Assembly (NCBI GenBank): GCA_963664435.2
Contig: CAXXKM010000001.1
Span: 896,001 to 960,000 of the forward strand
Direction of reading: 5' to 3'
DNA from: Longimicrobiales bacterium
GTDB lineage: Bacteria; Gemmatimonadota; Gemmatimonadetes; Longimicrobiales; Gaopeijiaceae
Length of the DNA stretch: 64,000 bases
Within the stretch, counting starts at the first letter, position 1. The number at the start of each line of letters is the position of its first letter. Positions 25,633 through 36,000 of this stretch are shown one piece after another. Under the pieces are notes generated by a model. That model did not search any database, had not been told where the DNA came from, and was given only the letters and a program-made list of their open reading frames with translations. Made by a program: the position numbers and the translations under genes.

Positions 25633-26963
25633 TGGAACCTGGCCTCCCAGTCGTCGAGGAGCGCGAAGTGGTCACCGTCGGCAACCGTGTAATAGACTCT
25701 CTGCATCCCCTGCCGGCGGGTGGGCTCGAAGGACACGGATTCGCCGATTCCCAGCGGGAAGTTGCGCACGCTGAAGATCGTCTCTTCCAGCCGGGACCTG
25801 TCTGGACGTCCTCCCAGGCGCCGGAGGATTTCGGTCATCAGCTTCGCGTTGAGAAACCCCTCCAGGCTGACGAAGCCGCGGGCGAGGGGTTGATACGATT
25901 CACCCTCGGTGATTCTCTCCAGATCGTCCGGCAGCCGAGGGTCGTACTGGAACATCAGCCGATGGTACTCGTTCACGGACGGGAACGTGGCGTCGTCGAA
26001 CGCGGGCACGACCTGCGAATTCACCAGGAACCGGGTGTAGGAATCCGGGTCGGAGCGTCTCTCGCGCAGGACTCGCTGCAGGTTCTCGCTCCCCACGAAC
26101 GACAGGTTGGCCACCGGCACGTGCAGCCCCAGATCGACGGCGTCGCGGGCGAAGGCCGCGCACGCGGCGTAGGCGCCGATACAGATCACGGCGTCGGGCG
26201 AGCCGGCCTTCAGGATCTCCACCTGGCGCCTCATGCTCGCGCCGAACGGCGTGCCTCGCCGGTAGGTGGCCTCCCCCGCGATGGTCTCTCCGTGCCGGGC
26301 CAACGCCTCTCGCACCCCCGCCCAGCCGCTGCGTCCATACGCGTCGATCTGGTAGAAGACCGCCACGCGCCGCCGTCCGATGCGGACGAAGTTGTCGACC
26401 AGCCCGGCGGTCTCCTGCCGATAGGAGGCCCGCAGGTTGAAGGCGAACTCGCCGTAGGGAGGTTCGCGCTGCGGCTCCGCTCCCGTGAAGGGGAAGAAGA
26501 GGTAGAACTGCTGGTCGCGAAATCGCTTCAGCAGAGGCAACACCCGGGTGACGGTAGGGGTGCCCACGTATCCGAAGAGCAGGAACACACCGTCGTCCTG
26601 CATGAGCCGGAGGGTGTTCGCGACGCAGGTTTCGGGCTGATAGCCGTCGTCGTAGAGCTTGAGGACGATCCGGCGGCCGTTGACTCCCCCGTTGTCGTTG
26701 ACGTGGCTGAAGTAGGCCATCGCGCCGCGATACAGCTCCGTGCCCAGGCCGCGAGAGGGGCCCGAGAACGCGGCCGACACGCCGAGTACGATGTCATCGG
26801 CCTGCGTACCCGCGGTGCGGCGGCTCCGGTGCGTCGACGGGGAGGAAGCGGCGAGCGCCTTCGCCCAGGGAGCGGCGGCCAGCGCGGCGAGCCCGGATCG
26901 CAGGAGCGATCGGCGGGTCAGCAGGTTCGCGTTGCACACCCTCCTGTCTCGCCCTCCAATCAT
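25626..26963 (-). CDS. Periplasmic ligand-binding protein (branched-chain amino acid ABC/LivJ-like, type I fold)
   Basis: Tat-like 'LTRRSLL', 'GGVNGRRIVLKLYDDGYQP', 'GYVGTPT', 'RASYRQE' and 'FYQIDAYG'. Start approximate. Stop overlaps the receptor start. Confidence 0.88.
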   Translation of the reverse strand: MIGGRDRRVCNANLLTRRSLLRSGLAALAAAPWAKALAASSPSTHRSRRTAGTQADDIVLGVSAAFSGPSRGLGTELYRGAMAYFSHVNDNGGVNGRRIVLKLYDDGYQPETCVANTLRLMQDDGVFLLFGYVGTPTVTRVLPLLKRFRDQQFYLFFPFTGAEPQREPPYGEFAFNLRASYRQETAGLVDNFVRIGRRRVAVFYQIDAYGRSGWAGVREALARHGETIAGEATYRRGTPFGASMRRQVEILKAGSPDAVICIGAYAACAAFARDAVDLGLHVPVANLSFVGSENLQRVLRERRSDPDSYTRFLVNSQVVPAFDDATFPSVNEYHRLMFQYDPRLPDDLERITEGESYQPLARGFVSLEGFLNAKLMTEILRRLGGRPDRSRLEETIFSVRNFPLGIGESVSFEPTRRQGMQRVYYTVADGDHFALLDDWEARFQW

Positions 26964-27144
26964 GCGAGATGCCGCCCCCCTGGTCGGTTGCAAAACGAGC
27001 CTGACGGGGTCGCCTCCGAACCCATCCCCGCTGGCCTGCCTCCAGCGTACTCGCTGGTTTTGAGTTCCGCAACCGACGGACGAGCACAGTGTCCACACCC
27101 TCTATTGTCTGACAGAATCGCCTCTTATGGCGATAAATGCCCGA

Positions 27145-27164
27145 TTTTCCACGAGTTATCCACA
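27145..27164 (+). promoter_or_regulatory. DnaA-box pair
   Basis: Perfect TTATCCACA at 27156-27164 and a one-mismatch TTTTCCACG at 27145-27153, in an intergenic region. Confidence 0.45.
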
Positions 27165-27368
27165 GCGGAACGGCGCGCGGGCGGGCGTTCGGGGTTCCCA
27201 GGCAGGGATCTGAAACAGGGGCTCGCGCGCCGCGACGGCAGCCGGCAGCCGGGGCGGCGCCCTGCCTGATTCAGCGCATCAGCGAGTCACGCGCAGCGCG
27301 GTAAGGCTGAGGAGGAAGCCGGCAACCGGGGTCCACGGGATGATCGCGCTCCACATCCGATCCCGCCC

Positions 27369-28460
27369 TCAGTCGCGGCCGTCGTCCGCGAGATGTCGTG
27401 CGATGCGGTCCAGCTTCGGGCCGATAGAGGACATTACCGCCGCGAACAGCACGAGCGCCCAGCCCGCCGAGAGGATGAGGTGGGCGCCGACGAGCACGCG
27501 CGCGCTGAGCGAAACCGGGGTGAGGGCCGTGAAGTCGTGCCCCAACGCGGTGAAGAACGCGAAGGACAGCCAGTCGGTGATGCCTGCGCCGGCTCCGGCG
27601 AACGAGCCCGGCCCGAGGCGCTCCAGCGCCCCATAGAAGCCCGCAAAGAGGAAGATGATCGTCAGATAGCCGACCGCGAATCCGCCGATCGGGACCCACA
27701 TGACCCGCAGGTAGGCTGCAAGCTGGCCGTACACTTCCAGCCGTGGGCGGAGCCAGACGGCGGCGGCGCGCCCCAGAAGAAACGCGACCGCGGGAATCAC
27801 CAAGATCGAAAGGATGATGGTCAGGACGATCCACACGGTTGCAATAGCCCCCGAAAACCCGTCGTCTTCCCGGATCACTCCGAACCCGAACAGCAGACCC
27901 AGCAGGATGGGAAGGGCAACCGCGCCGAGGACCAGCAGCCAGGGAGGACGGGCGTCGACCCATCCCTCGCGGCGCCGGCTGAGGAGGCCGATCAGCAGCG
28001 CGGTCCAGGGCATGGCGAGGAGGGGGAATATCGCCAGTAATGGTACCAGGTCGAAGTCGCCTGCGGCCAGCGCGGGGATGAACCCCAGGCTCAGCAGGAC
28101 GGCGAGAATGAACGTCTCCCGGATCACGTCCCGATATCCGGAGAGAGACGACCGGCCGAGCCCGGCGATCAAGCCGACCGCCAGGGGGAGCAGGGGCGGC
28201 AGGATGACGCCCCAGCCGACATCCATTGCTCCGCTCAGAAACGCCGTGACGACTCCGACCACCGAGCCGATCAGGATGCCGCTCCAGGGATGATTCCCCG
28301 ATCCGCCGCGGAGACCGACGCCGACTCCGACGGCGACCGCAAACCCCGTCCCCAGCAGAACGTCGGTGTGGTTCCCGGTAATGGCGTAGCCGAAGGTCAC
28401 GACCACGAGAGCGATCGTGGCCGCGATCCGGACCGTCAGCCAGATCAGCCGGCTCGCCAT
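27369..28460 (-). CDS. Multi-pass membrane protein with a C-terminal two-TM ion-channel (Ion_trans_2)-like domain
   Basis: Many hydrophobic helices. C-terminal 'YLTIIFLFAGFY...WLSFAFFTALGHDFTALTPVSLSARVL' resembles a pore helix/filter/P-x-S-x-x-A-R motif. Confidence 0.65.
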   Translation of the reverse strand: MASRLIWLTVRIAATIALVVVTFGYAITGNHTDVLLGTGFAVAVGVGVGLRGGSGNHPWSGILIGSVVGVVTAFLSGAMDVGWGVILPPLLPLAVGLIAGLGRSSLSGYRDVIRETFILAVLLSLGFIPALAAGDFDLVPLLAIFPLLAMPWTALLIGLLSRRREGWVDARPPWLLVLGAVALPILLGLLFGFGVIREDDGFSGAIATVWIVLTIILSILVIPAVAFLLGRAAAVWLRPRLEVYGQLAAYLRVMWVPIGGFAVGYLTIIFLFAGFYGALERLGPGSFAGAGAGITDWLSFAFFTALGHDFTALTPVSLSARVLVGAHLILSAGWALVLFAAVMSSIGPKLDRIARHLADDGRD

Positions 28461-28505
28461 TCTCCTCCCAGGAGTGTCATGAAGTCCTGGAATCCGCGGA
28501 TGCAG

Positions 28506-30746
28506 CTAGCGCTGCGGTTCCGACACCACCGTCGGTCCCTCTCCCTCCTCCAGCGTCTCCAGCACCTGCCGCCACTCGAACTTCTCGCCGAGGCCGCGCA
28601 CGTAGTAGTCCATCCAGGCCATCTCGCTTACGGCTTTGACGAGGCGATTGCGGGGGTCCGGGATGCCGTGGCTGCGGCCGGGATACATGAAGAGTTCCGT
28701 CGGCACGTCCAGCTTCTTCAGCGCCATGTGCAGCTCGACCGACTGCGGGCTCGGCACGCGCGGGTCGCCCTCCACCACGTGGATCATGGTCGGGGTGACC
28801 GCGTTCCTGATGTACTTGAGCGGTGACTGGTCGAAGTAGGTGTCGAAGTCCTCGTACAGAAAGCCGTCGCCGACGTAGAACTGGCGGTTCCGCTGCACGT
28901 CGCTCTGCGCGTACATGCTGATCCAGTTCATGGTCCCGGCACCGGAGCTGATGGCCTTGAAGCGGTCGGTCTGGGTGAGGATCCAGTTGGACCAGTGGCC
29001 GCCCGCGCTCCAGCCCAGCGCGCCCATGCGGTCGCCGTCCACGATGCCCTCGGCGATCAGATGGTCCACGCCGGTGATGATGTCTTCATAGCCCATCGTG
29101 AAGTAGTCGCCCACGATGTCGGTGCGGTGCGCGTTGCCGTAGTTGCGCGAGCCGCGGTAGTTGGGCTTGAGCACCGCGTAGCCCGCGCCCGCGTACACCT
29201 GCGCATTGTAGCCGCCGTTGAAGCGCAGGACATCCGCCGACGCCGGCCCCCCGTGGATGGCGACGATGAGCGGATAGCGCGTCCCCTCCTCGTAGCCGAC
29301 CGGGTAGACTAGCACCCCGCCGACCATCTTCCCGTCCGACGAGCGCCAGTTGACCTCGACTTCCTCGCCGAGGGCGATGTCGCGCACGTGCGGGTTCACG
29401 TCCACGAGCTGCGTCCACTCGGAGCGGTCCGCAACTTCGTCCACGTTCGCCACGGTGAACACGGTGGGCGGGGTCATCGGGTCGCTGTAGCCGATGAGGA
29501 GGGTGCCGGTGTTGTCGTCCCGGGACACCGAGAGCGCCGCCCGCTCCTCGGTGAGCTGGCGCACCGCACCCGTCTCCACATCGAGCGCATGCAGCTGCGT
29601 CGTCACGGTCACGCCGGCGTTGAAGTAGATCGTCTCCGAGTCCTCGGACCAGAAGCCGACGCTCGAGCTCTGGTCGAAGTCCGCGCCCAGCTTCCGGAAC
29701 GCGCCCCCGCGATCCTCGACTTCGCGGATGTAGACGCGGTTCTCGGTCATGGAGTAACGCTCCATGTCGTCCGGCGCCGAGAAGGCGATCCAGCGGCCGT
29801 CGGGGGAGAAGCTCATCCCGCCCTCGCCGATCTCGTAGTTGTCGGTGAGGCGCTCGATCTCGCCGGTCGCAACCTCCTTCAGATAGAGGTCCGCATAGAG
29901 CCGCTGCGCGGTGATGTTGCGCTCGTAGCGCTCGGGCGAGCCGCCCGTGATGCCGATCCAGCGGCCATCTTCGGAGAGGACGAAGCTGTTGACGCTGTAC
30001 GATGCGTCGCTGGTCTCGCGCCGCTCGGCTGCCGACGCGACATCCATGCTCCACAGGCTCGACAGCGGGGTGACGGCGTTGCGCACGTCGACCGTGAAGC
30101 CCATCTCGACCCGCTTCACCTCGTCCTCGTCGAACGAGTCGAGGCGCGTGAAGTAGATGCGGCTCCCGTCCTGCGTGAAGTCCCACTGGTCGACCCCGGC
30201 CTCGCCGTCCGTGAGTTGCTCAGGCTCGCCGCCCGTGAGGTCATCGGCCGGCAGCCGGTAGAGCTGCTCCCGGTCGCTCTCGCCGGAGCGGTACACGAGC
30301 CAGCCGCCATCGGGGCTGAACTCGAAGCCCGACACCCCCTCGGCCGCGTCTGTGATCTTCCGGGCCTCGCCGCCGTCGTGGCGCATCATGTAGAGCTGGT
30401 TGGCGTCGCCGTCGCGATTGGACGAGAAGACGAAGAACGACCCGTCCGGCGCCCAGGCCGGGCTGGTCTCGTTCTTGTCGTCGGTATAGGTGAGCTGCCG
30501 GCTCGACGAGACGCCGTCGCTCAGCGACACGAGGTGGATGTCGGTCTGGGATTCGGCCGCATCCCAGTCCGGGGTCGTGACGGTGTAGAGCATCCGCGCG
30601 CCGTCCGGGCTCGGGGTCCACGATCCGGCACGCCTGAGCTCCTGGACATCCATGAACGTGAGTGGACGCTGCTGCGCGGCCAGCGGCGAGGCGAATGCCG
30701 CGAGGGCGGCGACGGAGACGGTGAGGGCAACGGAAAGGAAGCGCAT
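28506..30746 (-). CDS. S9 family (prolyl oligopeptidase/acylaminoacyl) peptidase with a beta-propeller
   Basis: 'IHGGP', 'PNYRGS', nucleophile 'GWSAGG', 'DPRVP' and 'SHG'; signal peptide. Confidence 0.93.
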   Translation of the reverse strand: MRFLSVALTVSVAALAAFASPLAAQQRPLTFMDVQELRRAGSWTPSPDGARMLYTVTTPDWDAAESQTDIHLVSLSDGVSSSRQLTYTDDKNETSPAWAPDGSFFVFSSNRDGDANQLYMMRHDGGEARKITDAAEGVSGFEFSPDGGWLVYRSGESDREQLYRLPADDLTGGEPEQLTDGEAGVDQWDFTQDGSRIYFTRLDSFDEDEVKRVEMGFTVDVRNAVTPLSSLWSMDVASAAERRETSDASYSVNSFVLSEDGRWIGITGGSPERYERNITAQRLYADLYLKEVATGEIERLTDNYEIGEGGMSFSPDGRWIAFSAPDDMERYSMTENRVYIREVEDRGGAFRKLGADFDQSSSVGFWSEDSETIYFNAGVTVTTQLHALDVETGAVRQLTEERAALSVSRDDNTGTLLIGYSDPMTPPTVFTVANVDEVADRSEWTQLVDVNPHVRDIALGEEVEVNWRSSDGKMVGGVLVYPVGYEEGTRYPLIVAIHGGPASADVLRFNGGYNAQVYAGAGYAVLKPNYRGSRNYGNAHRTDIVGDYFTMGYEDIITGVDHLIAEGIVDGDRMGALGWSAGGHWSNWILTQTDRFKAISSGAGTMNWISMYAQSDVQRNRQFYVGDGFLYEDFDTYFDQSPLKYIRNAVTPTMIHVVEGDPRVPSPQSVELHMALKKLDVPTELFMYPGRSHGIPDPRNRLVKAVSEMAWMDYYVRGLGEKFEWRQVLETLEEGEGPTVVSEPQR

Positions 30747-30943
30747 CTGAACCTCGCGTGCGAGGGTGAACTGGAGCCGGGGCGATGTTATTCCGGGTCG
30801 GACCGCATCATTCGGGGCCGGATGTACGATTCGCCGGACCCTTCATGATACGAACAGAGACCGAGGTCGGCGAGAACGGAAGGGGCTCTGCACGCGGCTA
30901 CGGGGGTATATCCCGTACCTTCGCTGCAAGCCGGGAGGTCTTC

Positions 30944-31423
30944 ATGCCAACAGCTGTCGGCAGACACACCTTGTCCGCGTTGGCCCTGGCCGTGCTCGTC
31001 ACCGGCTGCGGGGCATCCCTCGCCCGCCAGAACCGGGCCGACATCGGCCGCGCAACGCTCAGGGACATCCAGCTGCACGTGCCGGAGGTCTTGGCTGACC
31101 ACGGCTATTCGATCAACCAGACCAGGCAGACGGTCGGCCGCATCTACTACGAGACCCGCTGGCTCTACCGGGCCCCGTTCGACGACGAGATCGAGCGGGG
31201 CGTGCAGGAAGTGCGGACGAGGTTCATCGTCCAGGGGCGAAGGGGCGGATCGGACTTCTACGACGTCGAGATCCGGGTCGAGAACGCAGTCCGGGGCATC
31301 CTGCCCAGCGGAGATTGGTCCCCGCTCGCCACCCCCGATTTCGAGGATCACATGAGAAGCGTCTCCGACGAACTCATGATGAACATCAACGCGGGCGTGC
31401 GGATTCGCGGTCCGGGCTACTAG
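30944..31423 (+). CDS. Hypothetical lipoprotein
   Basis: GGAGG RBS and lipobox 'LVTGC'; high-GC codon pattern. Confidence 0.7.
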   Translation: MPTAVGRHTLSALALAVLVTGCGASLARQNRADIGRATLRDIQLHVPEVLADHGYSINQTRQTVGRIYYETRWLYRAPFDDEIERGVQEVRTRFIVQGRRGGSDFYDVEIRVENAVRGILPSGDWSPLATPDFEDHMRSVSDELMMNINAGVRIRGPGY

Positions 31424-31424
31424 C

Positions 31425-32972
31425 CTACCTCAGGCTCCACCCCGCAGCGGTTCCCGGGTTGCCCTCTCCGCCGAACGAGTACACCTCCAGGCTGAGCGCC
31501 TCCAGCTCCTCGGCGATCACCGGCATGTGCAGCGGCGTTCCCATGCGAAGCGTCCCGAAGCCGCGCTGATCGAAGTAGTCGAGCCCGCCGGACTCGAAGA
31601 GGAGTTCCATGCTCTTCTCGTACCACATGGCGAAGAGCACGCTGCCGCACGCGCCCGTGATGGTCCGGGGCACACACCGGTCGCCCGACACTCCGTCCGC
31701 CGTCGCGGGCGGAAGCCCCGCAGCCTCGCGGCTCGGGTTGATGTATTGGAGCGCCGCCTCCGGCTGACCCATCCTGATGTGGGCCTCCGCCATGAGGAAC
31801 TCCATCTCGCGCACCGTCAGCTCGGGGATGAACCCGAAGCCTGTATCGGCCTTGTCGCGCCACTTCCAGGTCCGGTACGGCGTGACGAACCAGATGCCGC
31901 GCTGCGCGTCACCGAAGAGCGTGCCCGGAATCTCGACGAGCGTGCCAGAGGCCTCCGGATCACCCGGGGCGTGGACCCGCTGGTCGTCCGTCTCCACGTG
32001 GATGGCGAACCTCTCTCTCGGGTTGGCCGCCTCGTAGGCCTGCCAGCCGCCGGACTGGTCCGCCGGGCCGACGAAGCGGATGCCGAGGAGGTGCGGCGAA
32101 TTGTATGAGTCGTCCCACACGTCCCCCGGCGAGGTGCTGATGCCGTAGTCGGACGTGACGCCGGCCTGTGCGAGACTCATCACTTCGGCCCAGTTGACTG
32201 CGGCGCGCTCCTCGGGAGTGCGGGCGACGGTTGTCATCAGCCGGGCCTCCCAGGAGTTGATCATCCGGACGAGCTCGTCGCTCGAGACGCTGGTGCCCAT
32301 CCAGCCTGCGGGGATCGTGAAGGCATTCTGGCTCGCGATCTGCCGGGCCGCCTGCAGATAGCCCCTTGCGGCCTGGGCGACTTCGCCATAAGGGCGCAAG
32401 TCCGCGTTCTCCACCACCGCTTCGACGTCGACTGTCTCGTCGATGATGAACCCCTGGTTGAAGATGTTCGCGATATGGCCGTGGATCAGCCCCTGCATCA
32501 GCTTTGCAAATGCCAGGGTCCGCGGAGTGTCCTGACCGTTCGCTCCGATCTGGAGGTCGCTCTCCTCGACCACCTGCACCCCGTCGCGGATCGCGGCCAG
32601 GGCCTGGTTCAGCTCCATCCACGGAGCCCGCAGCGAACGTCCCCACTGGTAACCGATGGCGTTCGTGAGGGTGATCCGGGGCTGCTGGTTGTTGTCGGAG
32701 GCGAAGTGGTTTGCGGCCGCGGAGGAAAGAACCTCGGCCGCGCTGCTGAGGGCCTGCACCATGGCGAGCTCGTCGCCGGCCCCATGCACCTGGTCCCACC
32801 AAGTCGAGTAGGTGCCCGCGATCAGGGACTCGATGTCTCCCGGTTCGGAGAGCGCACGGTCACGATCGGGCTCGTTGGGATTTACCACTTCCAGGTCGCA
32901 GGCCGCCGCCGCTATCAGGATCAGAGCCGTGGCAGCTATCTGGTTCCGCAGTCTTGATGGTAGGAATCTCAC
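31425..32972 (-). CDS. susD: SusD/RagB-family outer-membrane lipoprotein
   Basis: Lipobox 'AAAC-DLEVVNPN', 'EFLMAEA...INPSR' and 'YEKSMELLFE...YFDQRGFG'. Lies directly downstream of SusC. Confidence 0.85.
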   Translation of the reverse strand: MRFLPSRLRNQIAATALILIAAAACDLEVVNPNEPDRDRALSEPGDIESLIAGTYSTWWDQVHGAGDELAMVQALSSAAEVLSSAAANHFASDNNQQPRITLTNAIGYQWGRSLRAPWMELNQALAAIRDGVQVVEESDLQIGANGQDTPRTLAFAKLMQGLIHGHIANIFNQGFIIDETVDVEAVVENADLRPYGEVAQAARGYLQAARQIASQNAFTIPAGWMGTSVSSDELVRMINSWEARLMTTVARTPEERAAVNWAEVMSLAQAGVTSDYGISTSPGDVWDDSYNSPHLLGIRFVGPADQSGGWQAYEAANPRERFAIHVETDDQRVHAPGDPEASGTLVEIPGTLFGDAQRGIWFVTPYRTWKWRDKADTGFGFIPELTVREMEFLMAEAHIRMGQPEAALQYINPSREAAGLPPATADGVSGDRCVPRTITGACGSVLFAMWYEKSMELLFESGGLDYFDQRGFGTLRMGTPLHMPVIAEELEALSLEVYSFGGEGNPGTAAGWSLR

Positions 32973-33008
32973 GTCTCACGCTCCTGCTCTACGAGTCCGC
33001 GTGTCGAA

Positions 33009-36000
33009 TTAGAATACGAGTTCGACATCGATGCCGAGCTGCCGGTAGTTCGGGTAGAAGTACTCGTCGATCCGGCCGATGGCCGCCGAACCTCCGAACG
33101 TCGTCTTGCCCACTTCCGGATCGTGACCGAGGTAGCCGGTGAACGTGATCAGGTTGCGACCGGCCAGGTTGACCGTGGCACGATCGAAGCCCGCCTGCGA
33201 CAGGAACCCCGGCAGGCTGTTCTGGTCGAACGTGTACCGTACCGACAGCTCCCGCAGCTTTACGAAGTCTCCATCCTCCACGAACCAGTTGTTCCGGTTG
33301 TTCCGGTCGTAGAGGAACGCGGCCCCGTAGTAGGGAAGCGGCTTCTTGAGTTCCTCGGGCTTGCCGCGCTGATCGATTGCTCCGACGGCGCTCCTGGAAC
33401 CCCACTGGCGGGTCTGGTTCATGACCTGCGCCCCGAACTCACCCTCGAAGAGGAGCGAGACCCCCAGGTTCCGATACTGGAAGTCCTGCAGGAAGCCGAC
33501 GTTCAGATCCGGCTGGGACGAGCCCAACCTCCGCGGCTCGGCGTCGAACCTGTTGTGCTTGATGGGCATGCCCCAATCGAAGGTCATGCCGTCAACCTCC
33601 CCCACGGTGCCCCAGAGAGACTTCGACACTCCATCTCTGTAGCCGTTGCCCGCGCCGACATAGACGAGCAGCCCGTCGTCGTTTACCTCGAACTGGTTGC
33701 AATCCATTCCCGACGGCAGATCGCCACAGGCGCTGAGCCAGTGGGAGCCGTAGAACGCTCCCAACTCCTCGCCCTCTCGCACCAGCATCCGCGCGCGCAG
33801 GTCTCGGAACTCGAACGGCGGAATGTTGAGCTCGGTGATCTCCTGGCGCGTGCGATCCATGGTGAGGCGAGCCGTCCAGAGGAGGTCGGGACGCTCCACC
33901 AGGGCTGCCTCGATCGAAGCCTCCCAGGTGGTGGAGGCCACAGTACCGGCGTTCCGCCACTGGGACTCGAAACCCAGGGCCGAGCTGAGAGGCACCAGCA
34001 GCAACTGGTCCTTCACCTCGAGATCGACGTAGTTCAACTGGACGCGATAACGGTCGGCAACCATCATGTCGACCCCGTATTCCTGCTCCGTCGCCAACTC
34101 GGGCTTCAGCGCGTTGTTTCCGAGAAGCTTGGGGATGATGCGTCCGCGGTCGACCGCGTAACTCTGGTACTGGTACGAGAACCCCGGGCGTCCGCCTGCT
34201 GTCCCCCTCGAGTAGCGGGGCCTGAACTCGGTGAAGAAGTCGAACGGCCACCAGTCCTCCTCCGCCAACCTCCACGCAGCGGAGACCCGGTAGTAGTTCT
34301 GCCAGCGCTCGTCCGGCCCGAACAGCGAACTGCCGTCACGCCGGGCGAGGAGATCGAGGATGTAGCGGCTCCTGTACGTCAGGGCGGTAATGGCGAACAG
34401 TCCCTGCGAACGAACCGTCTCCGCGTTGGAGCGCGTGTACAGACCCGTCGTGAGGAGCCCCATCTGTGGAACGCCCACGACCGAGAAGGTAGAACCTCCG
34501 GCAACGAAGTTGTCCGAAGTCGATTGCTCCGCCAGCCAGCGGAAGCGCGTCCGCGTCGTGAGATCTCCGAAGCTGTGCTGGATCGACGCCGTGAGGTTGC
34601 CGTTCAGCTCCTCCCGGAGATCCTCGAGCCTGAACATCGCGCCGTCCCGCGGAGGATTGGGGTAGGTTCGCTTCCACGGGCTCGGCGTGATGTTCACTTC
34701 CTTCAGATTCGTGCGATCGTAGGACACGTTGCCCTGGAACGACAACCACGAAAACGGAGAGTACTGTGCGTCAAAGGCGCCCATGACCCGCAGGCGGTCA
34801 CGGGTCCAGTCCTGATTCTCCAACTGATACAGCGGGTTGGTGCTCCTGCGGATCAGGTCACCGATCAGCTCGAGGTCGCCGTCAGCGTCACGCGCGAAGA
34901 GGTCGGTGGAAGCGCGGTAGTGATCGGTGCCGCGGAAGAGCCCGCGACTGGCTGCGCCGCCGGAGGCTGTGGGGTCCCTCGGCTCCACGCCCACAAGGTC
35001 CGTCAAGTCGCTCAGCCCGGCCCTTTCGTGCTGGAAAATCACATCCTGCTCCCGCAGCGTGACGTATGAACTCAACGAGAACTGCAGGTTATCACCGATT
35101 GCCTGATCGAGGTTGAGCCGGACGTTCGTCTGGCTCGACCCGTCGTGGAACACCAGGGCTCCCTCGTCGCGCTGATACGCGGCCGACGCGCGGTACTGGG
35201 TGCTGCCCTCGTTCCCCGAGGCCGACAGGTACGTGCTGTAGGAGTTGCCGGAAGACAGCATCTGAGGCCAGATCTGGCCTCCGTAGAGGTTCGGCGGGAC
35301 CGGCTGGTCCTGGAACGTGGTCCACTGATCGCGGCCGGCTCCGCCGGGCTGGCCGAAGTTGTCGTTCAGCGCGTACTGCCCGACGCTGAACTCCCTCTGC
35401 CGGTTCGTCAGGTCCAGCTCGTTGCCGCTTCGATCGAGGATGGCCGTGCCGGCCGCGTTCATGCGGTACTCGTGCGACTCGGTCATCCCCATGAGGTATT
35501 CGATGTCGTTGAACAGGTACTGGGTGCGGACCGTGAACTCGTGGGTGCCCTCCCTGAGCGAAGCGCCCCTGCGGGTGGTCACCTCCATCACCCCGGCCTG
35601 CGCGCGCGAGCCGTAGAGCGAGGCCGCCGCGGCTCCTCTCACGACCTCGATGCTCGCGATGTCGTTCGGGTCGATATCCGCCAGGGATCCCGTGGAGATC
35701 ACGCCGTCAACGATCAGAAGGGGCGCCTGACTTTGCATGATGCTGGTCGGGCCCCGGAACTGGATGGACGGCTCGTCCCCGGGCTGGCCGGTTCCCTGAA
35801 TCACCCGCGTTCCCGCCGTTCGCCCCTGCAGCAGGCTGGCCACGTTGAGGGCCGAAGCGATCTGGGCGTCCTGCACCTGCACCTGGTCCACCGTGAAGGC
35901 AAGCTCGGTCTCGGGGGTCGCGCCTGCTACTCCGGTCACCACCACGGCATCCAGCGCCAGCACGCGCGATTGCAGCACGAAGTTCGCTACGACGCTTCCC

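Noticed and set aside
27089..27164. Chromosomal replication origin
   Set aside because: Only two or three boxes, no clear AT-rich unwinding element and no dnaA/dnaN/gidA context. It is kept only as a possible regulatory site.
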